From a virus: 64,000 nucleotides of DNA. The notes beneath the pieces are model-generated. The model was not told the origin of the DNA. It did no database searches and saw only the letters and a program-made list of their open reading frames with translations. Below, piece after piece: positions 35,629-45,561 of this stretch; positions within the stretch are counted from its first letter, which is position 1, and each line of letters opens with the position of its first letter. The stretch is from IMG/VR virus record IMGVR_UViG_3300043446_005051, positions 25,427-89,426 of that record. One strand, given 5' to 3'. Made by a program: the position numbers and the translations under genes.

Positions 35629-36828
35629 TTAAATAAAATCTAAAGAAAGAATTCCTACACTATGTCCCTCTCCCGGACTTATTTGCTTCCAATTTTTATT
35701 TGCTCCTATCTGAACTGGAGACGGTTGACTAGTGTTATTTCCTATACCAAGTTGTCCGTTAATATTGTAACCCCACCCCCATATAGTGCCATCAGTTTTA
35801 ATTGCCATAGTATAATAGTTTCCACATTCTATATTTTTCCAATTTGATGAAATTCCAACTTTAGTTGGAGTAGTTTTAGTTGAATTATCACCAACTCCAA
35901 GCTGACCAAAATTATTTCTACCCCAAGCCCATAATGAACCATCTGTTTTGATAGCAATTGTGTGTTCTTTTCCTGTACTTATTTTATACCAATCGCTAGT
36001 TAAATTTCCAATTTGAGTTGGGGTACCTACAGTGGCTGTGTTACCCCTTCCTAGTTGATAAAAATTATTAAGACCCCATCCCCATAAAGTTCCATCCGCT
36101 TTTATTGCAATGGAATATAAGTCCCCACAAGAAATTGATTTCCAATCAAAGTTTATTAAATCTATTTGCCTAGGGCTATTGGTACTTGCGTAACCAGTTA
36201 TACCTAGGGCACTAGATTGATTATTTCCCCACCCCCATAAAGACCCATCAGTTTTAATTGCTAAGGTATGACTATTTCCAGCTCCAACTAACCTCCAATT
36301 TGAAGAAATTCCAACCTGAGTTGGAGAAATTTTATCAGTATTATTAGATATTCCGAGTTGGCCATTAGTATTCCTACCCCAAGACCATAATGTACCATCA
36401 GTTTTTATGGCAAATGATGAGTCTGAATATGTTGAAATCTGTAACCAATTTGAAGCGATACCCACTTGTATTGGAGTTGATTGAATTAAACTAGTATTAG
36501 TAGTGTTTATGCCTAGCTTTCCATATGAGTTTATACCCCAAGTCCATAAAGTTCCATCTTTTTTAATCGCCAAATTATGGCTGTTTGAAGAGCCAACTAT
36601 TTTCCAAGTATACCCACTATTAACTTGAGTTGGAGTATTTGTAGCTGCTAATCCTACAACTCCTAACTGCCCTTGTGTATTACTACCCCAAGACCATAAT
36701 TGAGGAGTCACTCCTAATTGAGGTAATAAATCTGGATAAACGGAAATTAGATAATCTTTAGTTATTAATTTAGTACCTAAATCAATTCCACCACTATCTA
36801 TAAAATTTGTTTTTGGATTGTATACCAT
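35629..36828 (-). CDS. RCC1-repeat beta-propeller protein
   Basis: Seven AIKTDG.LW.WG.N..GQLG repeats. Confidence 0.9.
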   Translation of the reverse strand: MVYNPKTNFIDSGGIDLGTKLITKDYLISVYPDLLPQLGVTPQLWSWGSNTQGQLGVVGLAATNTPTQVNSGYTWKIVGSSNSHNLAIKKDGTLWTWGINSYGKLGINTTNTSLIQSTPIQVGIASNWLQISTYSDSSFAIKTDGTLWSWGRNTNGQLGISNNTDKISPTQVGISSNWRLVGAGNSHTLAIKTDGSLWGWGNNQSSALGITGYASTNSPRQIDLINFDWKSISCGDLYSIAIKADGTLWGWGLNNFYQLGRGNTATVGTPTQIGNLTSDWYKISTGKEHTIAIKTDGSLWAWGRNNFGQLGVGDNSTKTTPTKVGISSNWKNIECGNYYTMAIKTDGTIWGWGYNINGQLGIGNNTSQPSPVQIGANKNWKQISPGEGHSVGILSLDFI

Positions 36829-36834
36829 TTATCT

Positions 36835-37488
36835 TCAAACTATTTCTTCTTGAGGTTTAAGATTTATATTATATACTTCATCTATAGTTAAACATGAATC
36901 AATTTCTTGATGTTTTGAGTGTTCCCAATCAAAAACGCTTTGAACATAATTATCAACTTCTGATATTACATATTGTAACTCTTGACTTGTGATTTCCAAC
37001 CAGGTATTTCTAAACTTGAAATTATGAAGACCAGGTGAAGCTGATAACTTAGATGCTAGTAATTGTCGCTCATCTCGATTTGTAGATATTTCTACTTGGG
37101 AACCGTTAATAGTTACCTCAATAATTGTACTCTCTTTCTGTTTTCTTATTAAAGTAGCATCTTTCTTTTTTTCTAATTTTACTTCCTCTAGTGTTTTTGC
37201 AATTAAAGGATATGTAAATAAAACTTTAATTGGAATACCATTTTGTCGTTCTATAGCCCAAGTAAAATCACCAATATTATAATACCTAGAATCAAATGGC
37301 TCTGTAATTTTTTCTATTGGTAATAAATGGGTTAATCCATCTGAAAAATGGATAGGCATATCATTATAACTCTGAGGTTCAACCACATCTGAAAGTTCTA
37401 AATCTTCTAATTCTGAATTTATCATTCTCATATTATAAGAGAATGGACCGAGAATAAGTTGATTATTATGTATTAATGCTATTTCCAT
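36835..37488 (-). CDS. tail-fibre assembly-like protein (DUF4376-like)
   Basis: LEE.K..K......R...E...I......Y VQ..F.WE......I C-terminal pattern; TATAAATA at 37500-37507. Confidence 0.7.
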   Translation of the reverse strand: MEIALIHNNQLILGPFSYNMRMINSELEDLELSDVVEPQSYNDMPIHFSDGLTHLLPIEKITEPFDSRYYNIGDFTWAIERQNGIPIKVLFTYPLIAKTLEEVKLEKKKDATLIRKQKESTIIEVTINGSQVEISTNRDERQLLASKLSASPGLHNFKFRNTWLEITSQELQYVISEVDNYVQSVFDWEHSKHQEIDSCLTIDEVYNINLKPQEEIV

Positions 37489-37507
37489 ATTTTTTTAAGT
37501 ATTTATA

Positions 37508-38764
37508 TTAAATATTTGGTGAAACGCCTAATGTGAGCCCAGCTGTAATAGAAACTCGGTTCTCTACATATTTCCAATTAGATGAACCTTTTGTTATGTT
37601 GGTAAACTCTTGAAATTCTTCATTGGTATCTGTTGAAGTTAATTGAAAATCTTCATTATTTCCACTTGCCCATAAAGACCCATCAGTTTTTATGGCAAAT
37701 GTATTACTATGAGAACAATCAACGAATTTCCAATCTACCCCAGAACCAACCCTCGTTGGAACCACAGCAGAAGATATTCCTACAATTCCAAGTTGAGATC
37801 TTGAATTATCTCCCCAAGTCCATAAACTTCCATCTTTTTTAATTGCAGCACTATGAGTCCTTCCACTTGAACACAGTTTCCATTGGTCGGAGGTACCTAT
37901 TTGAGTTGGAATATATCTATCAGTGTATGGGTCTTCTACTCCCAGTCCAAGTTGTCCTATTCCAATAGGGTCACCAAGAACTTGGCCCTGATCAGTAACT
38001 GTAATTCCGGTATTATTTCCCCATGTCCATAGAGTTCCATCTTCTTTAATTGCAGTTACAACATGAACTCCAGTACTTACAGTCTTCCATCCTCTATTCG
38101 TCTGGCCGACTGCCACATAAACTTCAGTAGGAGATGTGACAATTCTATTCACATTTGTGTCATTTATACCTAACCTTCCATATGAATTTCTTCCCCAAGT
38201 CCATAAACTTCCATCTATTTTAATAGCGGCATTAAATGCACCGGAGGGACTATTAATTTTCCAATCTGAACCAACTCCTACTTTAGTGAGAGTTGTAATG
38301 CCAGATGTTGATGTATACCCCAGCCCCAATTGAGCAGAGTCATTTCTTCCACAAGTCCACAAAGTACCATCATCTCTAATTACAGTGGTATGATATCCTC
38401 CAGATGATAACTTAACCCAATAAGAACCAATTCCCACTTGAGTTGGTGTATTTCTATTTGAATAATCCTTCGTTCCGAGTTGACCATGTGAGTTATCCCC
38501 CCAGGTCCACAAACTTCCATCTGTTTTAATAGCGGTAACAAAATCATTTGAAACTGAAATTTTCTTCCATTGATTGGAATCAACTGATACTAAAGTTGGA
38601 GTATTTAATGTTAAATTGGAGTCGGCGTTTCCAATGCCCAGTTGACCATCTGTATTCCTACCCCAAGTCAACACTTGACTTCCAACATAATCATCGACCA
38701 ATTGATACTCAGTTACATAATATTTTTCCAGATCTCCTTCTGGAGAAAAAAATTGATTAGACAT
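37508..38764 (-). CDS. RCC1-repeat beta-propeller protein
   Basis: Seven AIK.DGSLWTWG.N..GQLG repeats. Confidence 0.9.
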   Translation of the reverse strand: MSNQFFSPEGDLEKYYVTEYQLVDDYVGSQVLTWGRNTDGQLGIGNADSNLTLNTPTLVSVDSNQWKKISVSNDFVTAIKTDGSLWTWGDNSHGQLGTKDYSNRNTPTQVGIGSYWVKLSSGGYHTTVIRDDGTLWTCGRNDSAQLGLGYTSTSGITTLTKVGVGSDWKINSPSGAFNAAIKIDGSLWTWGRNSYGRLGINDTNVNRIVTSPTEVYVAVGQTNRGWKTVSTGVHVVTAIKEDGTLWTWGNNTGITVTDQGQVLGDPIGIGQLGLGVEDPYTDRYIPTQIGTSDQWKLCSSGRTHSAAIKKDGSLWTWGDNSRSQLGIVGISSAVVPTRVGSGVDWKFVDCSHSNTFAIKTDGSLWASGNNEDFQLTSTDTNEEFQEFTNITKGSSNWKYVENRVSITAGLTLGVSPNI

Positions 38765-41273
38765 TGTATCTACTTTCTAATTCTTGAATACGTAATTCTT
38801 GAACTTTAATTGCTTCTATGAGTAATGCAATCATATTTGAATAATTTACACTCTTCATTCCATTTGATTGAGTTTCCACTAGCTCTGGTATTACTTTTTC
38901 AACCGCCTGAGCAATTAAACCGTATGATGGCTTATTGTTTTCTTTCCAGTTAAATTTAACTCCATTTAACTGAGTTATGATGTCTATTGAATTTTGAATG
39001 GGTTCAATATTTATTTTCTGACTCTCATCTGACAATGAAGTAAATTGAGTCGCTGAGAAATTACCAGTAGATGGATTAAATTGTAACTTAGATGAAGATA
39101 CTCCTACCGAAGTTGCTGTTCCAGTAATTGAACTTGAAAATATTGGATAATATGTAGAGTTTACTGTAGTATTATTTCCTATAGAAACTCCACCTCCAGT
39201 GGAACCAGTTGGAGCAGTTATCCAAGAAATACCTATTCCAGTAGAACTTAGAATATTGCCAGAAGCTCCAGCACTATTATTCGAATCATAAAGTTTTCCT
39301 GTAACTCTCGCATCTCCATTTACAAAAAGTGCAGTACTTCCTATGCCAGATACGTGAAGTTTATACAATGGGTTTGTAGTACCTATACCAACATTTACAC
39401 TGGTATAGATTCCAATATTAGAAGGGGTAGTCTTAACCCAAAGTGAATCTGAAGTAACAGTACCACCTGATACTGATGCAATTGTAATTGTAGCTATACC
39501 AGAGTTGCCATCTGCAGATACACTTGAAACACCAGCCCCAGTAAAGTTAATTAAAGTGATGCCAGTTCCAACTAAATTTCCACTACTACTAATTCCTATT
39601 TTTCCAGTAATTCCAGATAATTTAGAACCATCTCCATAATATGTGATGGTAGTTATTCCAGGACTTGATGAAGTAATAATACCTGTAGGTGTGATATTAA
39701 CTAGACCTATAGTTGTGATTCCAGTTATTAATGCAGTTCCTTCAACGTGCAAATCACTTCTAGGAGTTGTTGTTCCAATACCTACCTTTGTATTAGTTGT
39801 ATGTATTCCAGATGAATTTGCTACCCAAAGTACATTGCAATCAATTGCAAAGGTGCCACCGATTGAAACTACAGAAATATTATTTCTGAAATTTAAAGCA
39901 GATGTAAATCCTATGTTGGTATTATCATCATATACATTTACTCCACTTGTACCTCCAGAACCTCCGCTTATTCCAGTTTGAGTTATGTTTGTGATTCTAC
40001 CATTCTCATCTACAGTGATTTGAGCTGTATTATTTGAATCTCCATACGTCCCTGAACTAGCTCCGGTTAAGTTAAGTAACTTAGAACCATCTCCATAATA
40101 TGTCACAATTCCAGAAGTTGCAGTAACAATACCAGAAGATATTTGAACAGTTCCTATAGTTGTGATTCCAGTTATTAATGAAGTTCCTTCAACGTGTAAG
40201 TTCGTTTTGGGAACAGTAGTTCCAATTCCAATCCTTGATGTATTTGGGTTAAAGACTAATTTATTACTATTTACCTTGAGCTCACTTGTAACTCCAACTG
40301 AAGGTACAAATAATAGATACTGGTTTGCATCAACAGAATTATCTTTAATATCTACACTTGTTATTTGACCTGATAAATCTACCCATACTGGCTTATTTGT
40401 ATCACCGTCGTATTTAAGGAATTTATTACTAGCTCCACTTGCTGATATAAAGGATGTAATTCCAGAATTCACTTGATATGGAATTTCACCTAAACTACCT
40501 GAACCTAAATTAGTAGCAGTTGTCGCCGTTCCAGTAAGATTTCCTACAAATGTAGTAGCTGTTACAATTCCAGTTGAATTTATATTTCCGCTCGAAACTG
40601 TTCCTAATGTTGTAATCCCACTGACATACAATGAGGTAACAGATGCAAAACCGCCATTTACATTTATCGCAGTGGAAGCAATTCCAACTAGCCTCCCTAT
40701 AAAGTTTTCTGCAGTTACGTCCCCTATTACATGAAGTTTAGTAACTGGAGAAGTTGTACCTAACCCGACGTAATTATTTACTTCATTATAAACAAATTCA
40801 TCGGCTCCATTGACTACCCCCGATGGAGTATTATATAAAATTTGACCAACATCTCCTTGATTTACTATCTCACTAATTGCAATTCTTATCGTTGCAATTC
40901 CAACTCCTTCAAATGGTCCATCTACTGGTGGAGTTTCAATAGTTACTCCAGCCCCAACAAAGTTAAGTCCATGAATTTTTTGAAATCTATTGTCACCGTT
41001 GGGAAGTGCCCCATTTTCATATATACTAATAACTCCAACTGTAGTTCCAAATCCAACTAAAGGAGTCCAGTACCTTTTACCTTCACTATTAGAAACAGAC
41101 ACTACCTGATATACTTGACCAATTGGTATTGGATTCAACCCAATTGAAGATGGGCCGACCAAAGGGTCACCAAATGTTGGTTCAGCCTGTTCTAATCCTA
41201 AGAACTGATACCTATCTGAAGTTACTCCAGTTAAAGGAGTTCTTCTTACTCTACCTGAACGTAATCTTCCCAT
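38757..41273 (-). CDS. tail fibre protein with C-terminal intramolecular chaperone (peptidase S74)
   Basis: GIGTT.P...LHV.G repeats; SDE..K.NI..I....L.GV.F.W...GLIAQ.VE..IPELV...V.Y..LLIEAIK + coiled coil. Confidence 0.88.
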   Translation of the reverse strand: MGRLRSGRVRRTPLTGVTSDRYQFLGLEQAEPTFGDPLVGPSSIGLNPIPIGQVYQVVSVSNSEGKRYWTPLVGFGTTVGVISIYENGALPNGDNRFQKIHGLNFVGAGVTIETPPVDGPFEGVGIATIRIAISEIVNQGDVGQILYNTPSGVVNGADEFVYNEVNNYVGLGTTSPVTKLHVIGDVTAENFIGRLVGIASTAINVNGGFASVTSLYVSGITTLGTVSSGNINSTGIVTATTFVGNLTGTATTATNLGSGSLGEIPYQVNSGITSFISASGASNKFLKYDGDTNKPVWVDLSGQITSVDIKDNSVDANQYLLFVPSVGVTSELKVNSNKLVFNPNTSRIGIGTTVPKTNLHVEGTSLITGITTIGTVQISSGIVTATSGIVTYYGDGSKLLNLTGASSGTYGDSNNTAQITVDENGRITNITQTGISGGSGGTSGVNVYDDNTNIGFTSALNFRNNISVVSIGGTFAIDCNVLWVANSSGIHTTNTKVGIGTTTPRSDLHVEGTALITGITTIGLVNITPTGIITSSSPGITTITYYGDGSKLSGITGKIGISSSGNLVGTGITLINFTGAGVSSVSADGNSGIATITIASVSGGTVTSDSLWVKTTPSNIGIYTSVNVGIGTTNPLYKLHVSGIGSTALFVNGDARVTGKLYDSNNSAGASGNILSSTGIGISWITAPTGSTGGGVSIGNNTTVNSTYYPIFSSSITGTATSVGVSSSKLQFNPSTGNFSATQFTSLSDESQKINIEPIQNSIDIITQLNGVKFNWKENNKPSYGLIAQAVEKVIPELVETQSNGMKSVNYSNMIALLIEAIKVQELRIQELESRYNV

Positions 41274-41276
41274 TTT

Positions 41277-41630
41277 TTATTGTTTTGAGGTTTCTAATAC
41301 ACTTAGTATAATATTTAATTTATTATTTTGAGATGCACTAACTTTAATTGAATCGTTAGTTTCCAGAGAAAGTCTTCCATCTGGAATCAAATTAATGCTA
41401 TCATTTCCTGGAACATATGTCTCATTTGCAAATTTATAGTCAGATGGAGATTCACTTGGTCTAGAATGAATAGCTGTAACTTGATAAGGAGTGATATCTG
41501 AAGTTAAATTTGTAACTTGGGCTAAAATTATAATTCCTGAAACTCCTGCTGGACAAGTATATATTGCAGTTGTACCTACTCCAATATTTTTTCGAATTGT
41601 TCTAAATCTATTAAGGGGGACTGCTGCCAT
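41277..41630 (-). CDS. small virion structural protein
   Basis: LN.FRT....IYTCP.G...IIL..QV.N...L.LE cyanophage tail-region pattern. Confidence 0.7.
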   Translation of the reverse strand: MAAVPLNRFRTIRKNIGVGTTAIYTCPAGVSGIIILAQVTNLTSDITPYQVTAIHSRPSESPSDYKFANETYVPGNDSINLIPDGRLSLETNDSIKVSASQNNKLNIILSVLETSKQ

Positions 41631-41632
41631 TT

Positions 41633-44600
41633 TTAATTACCTAATGCAATGATAAGAGGTGTTACTGTATTTAGGATGCTTTGATTAAATGATCTTCCGG
41701 TAACAGTTCCGGTTACTTGATTAATAACAATTCCATCTCCAATTTGGAAGTTACCTGCTTGATTTGTACTTGTATATACAACTTGACCTCCATCTTCTTT
41801 AACAACCTCATTATCTTGAATAGTAACTCCACCTAGAGCTGGCTTTGCTTTATTAATATCAGTTCCTGAACCTACCCATTCTAGAGAAATTGAAGTTGCA
41901 ATTTGAAGACTTAAACGAGTGAAGTATACGACAGTTCCAGCTTCAACTGTATTATTTAAATTTGTATTCAATACAATTGTAGATATTCCAGCACTTGGTA
42001 GAGTTGCAGATTCAATTGTGTAATAAATTGGATAAAAGTTAAGCTCAGCCGTAGCTATAGTTCCTGGATTAGTCGGAGATTCAATAGTAATTTTAGGTTT
42101 ATCTAATAATCTATATTGACTTCCACTACTGATAATATCAATCGATGTAACTCTACCTGAATCATCTATATTAGCAGAAGCTTCTGCTTTAATACCATTT
42201 GGTCCAGTTGGAGAATCAATGGTTACAATAGGAGCCTGAGTATATCCCGACCCCCCATTCAAAATCTTAATACTTCTAACCTCGTAAAATAGTTCTCCAA
42301 AGTAAATAGCTTGTCCATCATAAGGTCTTAGATTACCAATTCCAGATACTTCAATTATAGCTTGGTCAGCTTCAGCTTCTTCTTTTACAATTCCAGTATA
42401 GCGATATATCGATTTCGTTGTGCTATCTCCAACTCCTTTTGAATATAACCCATAATTACCAAAGGAACAGTTCGAGTTTGTAATATCACATTGTCCACCA
42501 GAATTTGTGAATACTCCAATATCGTCACAAATTGTAAAAATTGAAACCAACTGAGCATATGCTCCGTTAGTAATTGAAACTCCAATTCCACCTTGATTAT
42601 ATTGAGTGTAACTATCAACACTCATTGTACCGGTTACCCCAATATCATCTTTGTCTCCAGGCTCGGCTTCAAATCCATCAACTTTCATTCCAATTGATTT
42701 TGAAATAAAGTTAGTGCAATTTCGAACATATGGACCTTGTGTAATTGGACCTACACCTCTTGAGAATGGTGGAATTACTATGCCACCATCTACATAAGTA
42801 TGGGGTAATGTCGATACTCCAACATTTATAGTGAAAGTATCATTTGCAGTTTGAGTTCTTTTAACAATATATCCACCAGATACATAAGTATGAGGTAATG
42901 TGGATACTCCAACATTGACAGTAAAAGTAGAATTATTTGAATTTAAAACTCTAAACCTATAGCCATTATTTCCAGTGGGGTACTTGAGATTTGGAGGGCT
43001 ATCTGGGCAACTAAAAATTAAGTCTTTAATTTCTACAATGTCATTATATTGAACTGAAATTCCAGGAGCAGTAATAGTTGCAATTCCAGTTACGTTATTA
43101 TAAGTTGCTGTAGATACTGCGACTGGTTTATCTACAACAATATCTAAAACTCTAAATTCATATCCATTATTTCCAGTAGGATATGTTAAAATTGCAGGAC
43201 CAGATGGGCAGCTAAATTCAAGATCTCTAATTTTTACTAAATCTCCAGTTTCAATAGATAGACCTTCAGCTCGAATTGTTGCAATTCCAGTAGTGTGGTT
43301 ATAAGTCGCAGTTGTTACACCGACAGTTCGATCTACAATTACTCCGCCTCCAATATAGGTATGAGGTAGACTTGAAGGTCCAACATAAACATCAAATGTA
43401 CCATCATTGTTAACTTTATCAATAAAGAAATCATATCCATATGCTCCAGATGGAAATCTTTGAGTTGAGATACCACCATTAGAACCACATTCGTATTCAA
43501 AGTTTCTAAGTTCGATTAATTCACCTTCTATATTTTTAAGCCCAGGTGCATATATTCTAGTTCTTCCACTTTCATTATCATATTCTGCAGTTTCTACTTC
43601 TATCAAACTATCAAATCCAATTCCAGAATTTCCTGGATATGTAGTTTTAAACCCAACTATATTAAACGCATCTGAACCATATTCGATAATATTAGTTACA
43701 ATCCCTACACAAGTTTTCATCGCAGATATTACATTCGCACATCCTGATATAGCATTATTGAACCCAACTAAAGGGTCTTTTTGTATTCCAAGATCTTTTA
43801 CTTGAGTATATTCCGTTTGATAATTTACATACTTTTGAATTTTACCACCAGATTGATAAGTATGAGGCAATGTAGATTGACCAACAATTACTTCAAAATT
43901 ATCATTACCATTTACCGAATGAACATTAAAAATATAACCAAAAGCTCCAGATGGATATGTTACAATTCCAGGTCCAGAAGGACAAGTGAATCCTAATCCT
44001 ACAATTTTTACTGAATCATCTTTAGATAAACCGTGTGGATTTTGAGTCGTAATTGAGGTAATTCCAGTAATATGGTCATAAGAGGCATTTGAAACATTTA
44101 TTTCACTTCCTTCAGGCTTCCCTCCCCAAGTAGAGTTATTAACTATAGCTCTAGCAATATTAAAAGAATATTCAATAGCATCAATTGTAGCCTGTTTAAT
44201 AGAATTACCATATCCAATATGAATTAATTCCCCATTTTCATTATAATATGAATTTCCAGCATCTACGCACCTTGAATTACCTCCTCGTGTAATGTCGTGA
44301 ATAATGCACTTCCATACATCTTTAATATCATCACTACAATTAACAACATCAGTTGAAATTCCAGAAGAATTTACAACTGTGAATGGAGGGTCTTGATAAC
44401 TAGTACTCGTTAAATACCCTACAGTTTCCTTTGCAATATAATCTAAATTGAGACGAATCATTCTTGCGGCATCAAAATATCTATCTACTGCAACTCCTTG
44501 TAATTTTTGAAGAGCAACTACTGCGGCACCATCTGTCATTTCTGGGCCAATAAAACTTACGTCTGTGATGTGACAACCATTATTTACGTGAAATAAATCC

Positions 44601-45520
44601 AAATATGGATATCTGGGAGTTATAACACAATTTCTAAGTTCTGTGCCTTCAATTGAAACTGTCTTCTTTAGTATAATAGGATTATCTTCTACATATACTC
44701 CTGGAAATACTTTTATAGTATCTCCAGAAACCGCTATGCTTGCAGCAGCCTTAATTGTTTTTTTAGAGTCATTTTCAGTAAGGCCACTATTGTTATCATT
44801 ACCATTTTGAGTTACGAAAATGGTTTTACCTATTGGATAATAAGAATCAATATTAACTACACCTTTACCTGGTTCTTGTGTTGAAGTTATTCTTACTCCA
44901 ATACCAGAAGTAATTTGAGTTACAATGCCCGTTAAATTTACACCATTACCAAAATATGATAATGCATCTACTGTACTTGTAAATTCAGCATCTCCATCTA
45001 CATATAACTTTTTAGATAAATCTGGAGAATTACTATTGATTGCTAATGTCTTTGTAGATGGATTATACGATAAAGAGCGGTTTAAAGCTAGATCAACTCT
45101 ATCTCCAGAATCACTTACGAATGTTGGGTAATATGATAAATTAGTATCGACCTCTACGACTTTATTCTTTTGAGCTGCACCTTCTATATCAATATCATAA
45201 GTGCCCTGTAAACGGGCTACATCTAAAATACCTCCTTCAATATTAGCTGCATTTTCTAAAGTTCTTGCTTTTCCTGTAATATCAATATCATAAGTGCCAT
45301 CTAAACGAGCGGGGTCTACAATACCAGCTAATATATTTCCAGCGTTTGTGAGAGCTTTTGATACGTCTGCAGTTCCAACTAAATCTCCATAGAATAAGTT
45401 AGCTTCAATTGAAGATGCGTTGACTATTCCACTTTGAGTGAGATCTAAATTATCACCAGCTGGTAATTCTTCAATTCTCTTGAGTTCTTTATTTGCTGTT
45501 AATGGTAAACGATTAGCCAT
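41633..45520 (-). CDS. large tail fibre/structural protein with internal repeats
   Basis: FV..NG.D.N.G...KTI..A..PG.Y.E beta-helix entry; several TATY...TG..CPSGP..YP.G..GY.F..VG.STLPHTY..GG repeats. Confidence 0.85.
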   Translation of the reverse strand: MANRLPLTANKELKRIEELPAGDNLDLTQSGIVNASSIEANLFYGDLVGTADVSKALTNAGNILAGIVDPARLDGTYDIDITGKARTLENAANIEGGILDVARLQGTYDIDIEGAAQKNKVVEVDTNLSYYPTFVSDSGDRVDLALNRSLSYNPSTKTLAINSNSPDLSKKLYVDGDAEFTSTVDALSYFGNGVNLTGIVTQITSGIGVRITSTQEPGKGVVNIDSYYPIGKTIFVTQNGNDNNSGLTENDSKKTIKAAASIAVSGDTIKVFPGVYVEDNPIILKKTVSIEGTELRNCVITPRYPYLDLFHVNNGCHITDVSFIGPEMTDGAAVVALQKLQGVAVDRYFDAARMIRLNLDYIAKETVGYLTSTSYQDPPFTVVNSSGISTDVVNCSDDIKDVWKCIIHDITRGGNSRCVDAGNSYYNENGELIHIGYGNSIKQATIDAIEYSFNIARAIVNNSTWGGKPEGSEINVSNASYDHITGITSITTQNPHGLSKDDSVKIVGLGFTCPSGPGIVTYPSGAFGYIFNVHSVNGNDNFEVIVGQSTLPHTYQSGGKIQKYVNYQTEYTQVKDLGIQKDPLVGFNNAISGCANVISAMKTCVGIVTNIIEYGSDAFNIVGFKTTYPGNSGIGFDSLIEVETAEYDNESGRTRIYAPGLKNIEGELIELRNFEYECGSNGGISTQRFPSGAYGYDFFIDKVNNDGTFDVYVGPSSLPHTYIGGGVIVDRTVGVTTATYNHTTGIATIRAEGLSIETGDLVKIRDLEFSCPSGPAILTYPTGNNGYEFRVLDIVVDKPVAVSTATYNNVTGIATITAPGISVQYNDIVEIKDLIFSCPDSPPNLKYPTGNNGYRFRVLNSNNSTFTVNVGVSTLPHTYVSGGYIVKRTQTANDTFTINVGVSTLPHTYVDGGIVIPPFSRGVGPITQGPYVRNCTNFISKSIGMKVDGFEAEPGDKDDIGVTGTMSVDSYTQYNQGGIGVSITNGAYAQLVSIFTICDDIGVFTNSGGQCDITNSNCSFGNYGLYSKGVGDSTTKSIYRYTGIVKEEAEADQAIIEVSGIGNLRPYDGQAIYFGELFYEVRSIKILNGGSGYTQAPIVTIDSPTGPNGIKAEASANIDDSGRVTSIDIISSGSQYRLLDKPKITIESPTNPGTIATAELNFYPIYYTIESATLPSAGISTIVLNTNLNNTVEAGTVVYFTRLSLQIATSISLEWVGSGTDINKAKPALGGVTIQDNEVVKEDGGQVVYTSTNQAGNFQIGDGIVINQVTGTVTGRSFNQSILNTVTPLIIALGN

Positions 45521-45561
45521 TATTTATTTTAAACTTTTTATTTATAGTATTATTTATGTAC

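Noticed and set aside
34082-45520. Repeats in RCC1 and fibre genes as DGR template/variable repeats
   Set aside because: Repeats are in-frame protein repeats without adenine-specific mismatch pattern; no reverse transcriptase in the window
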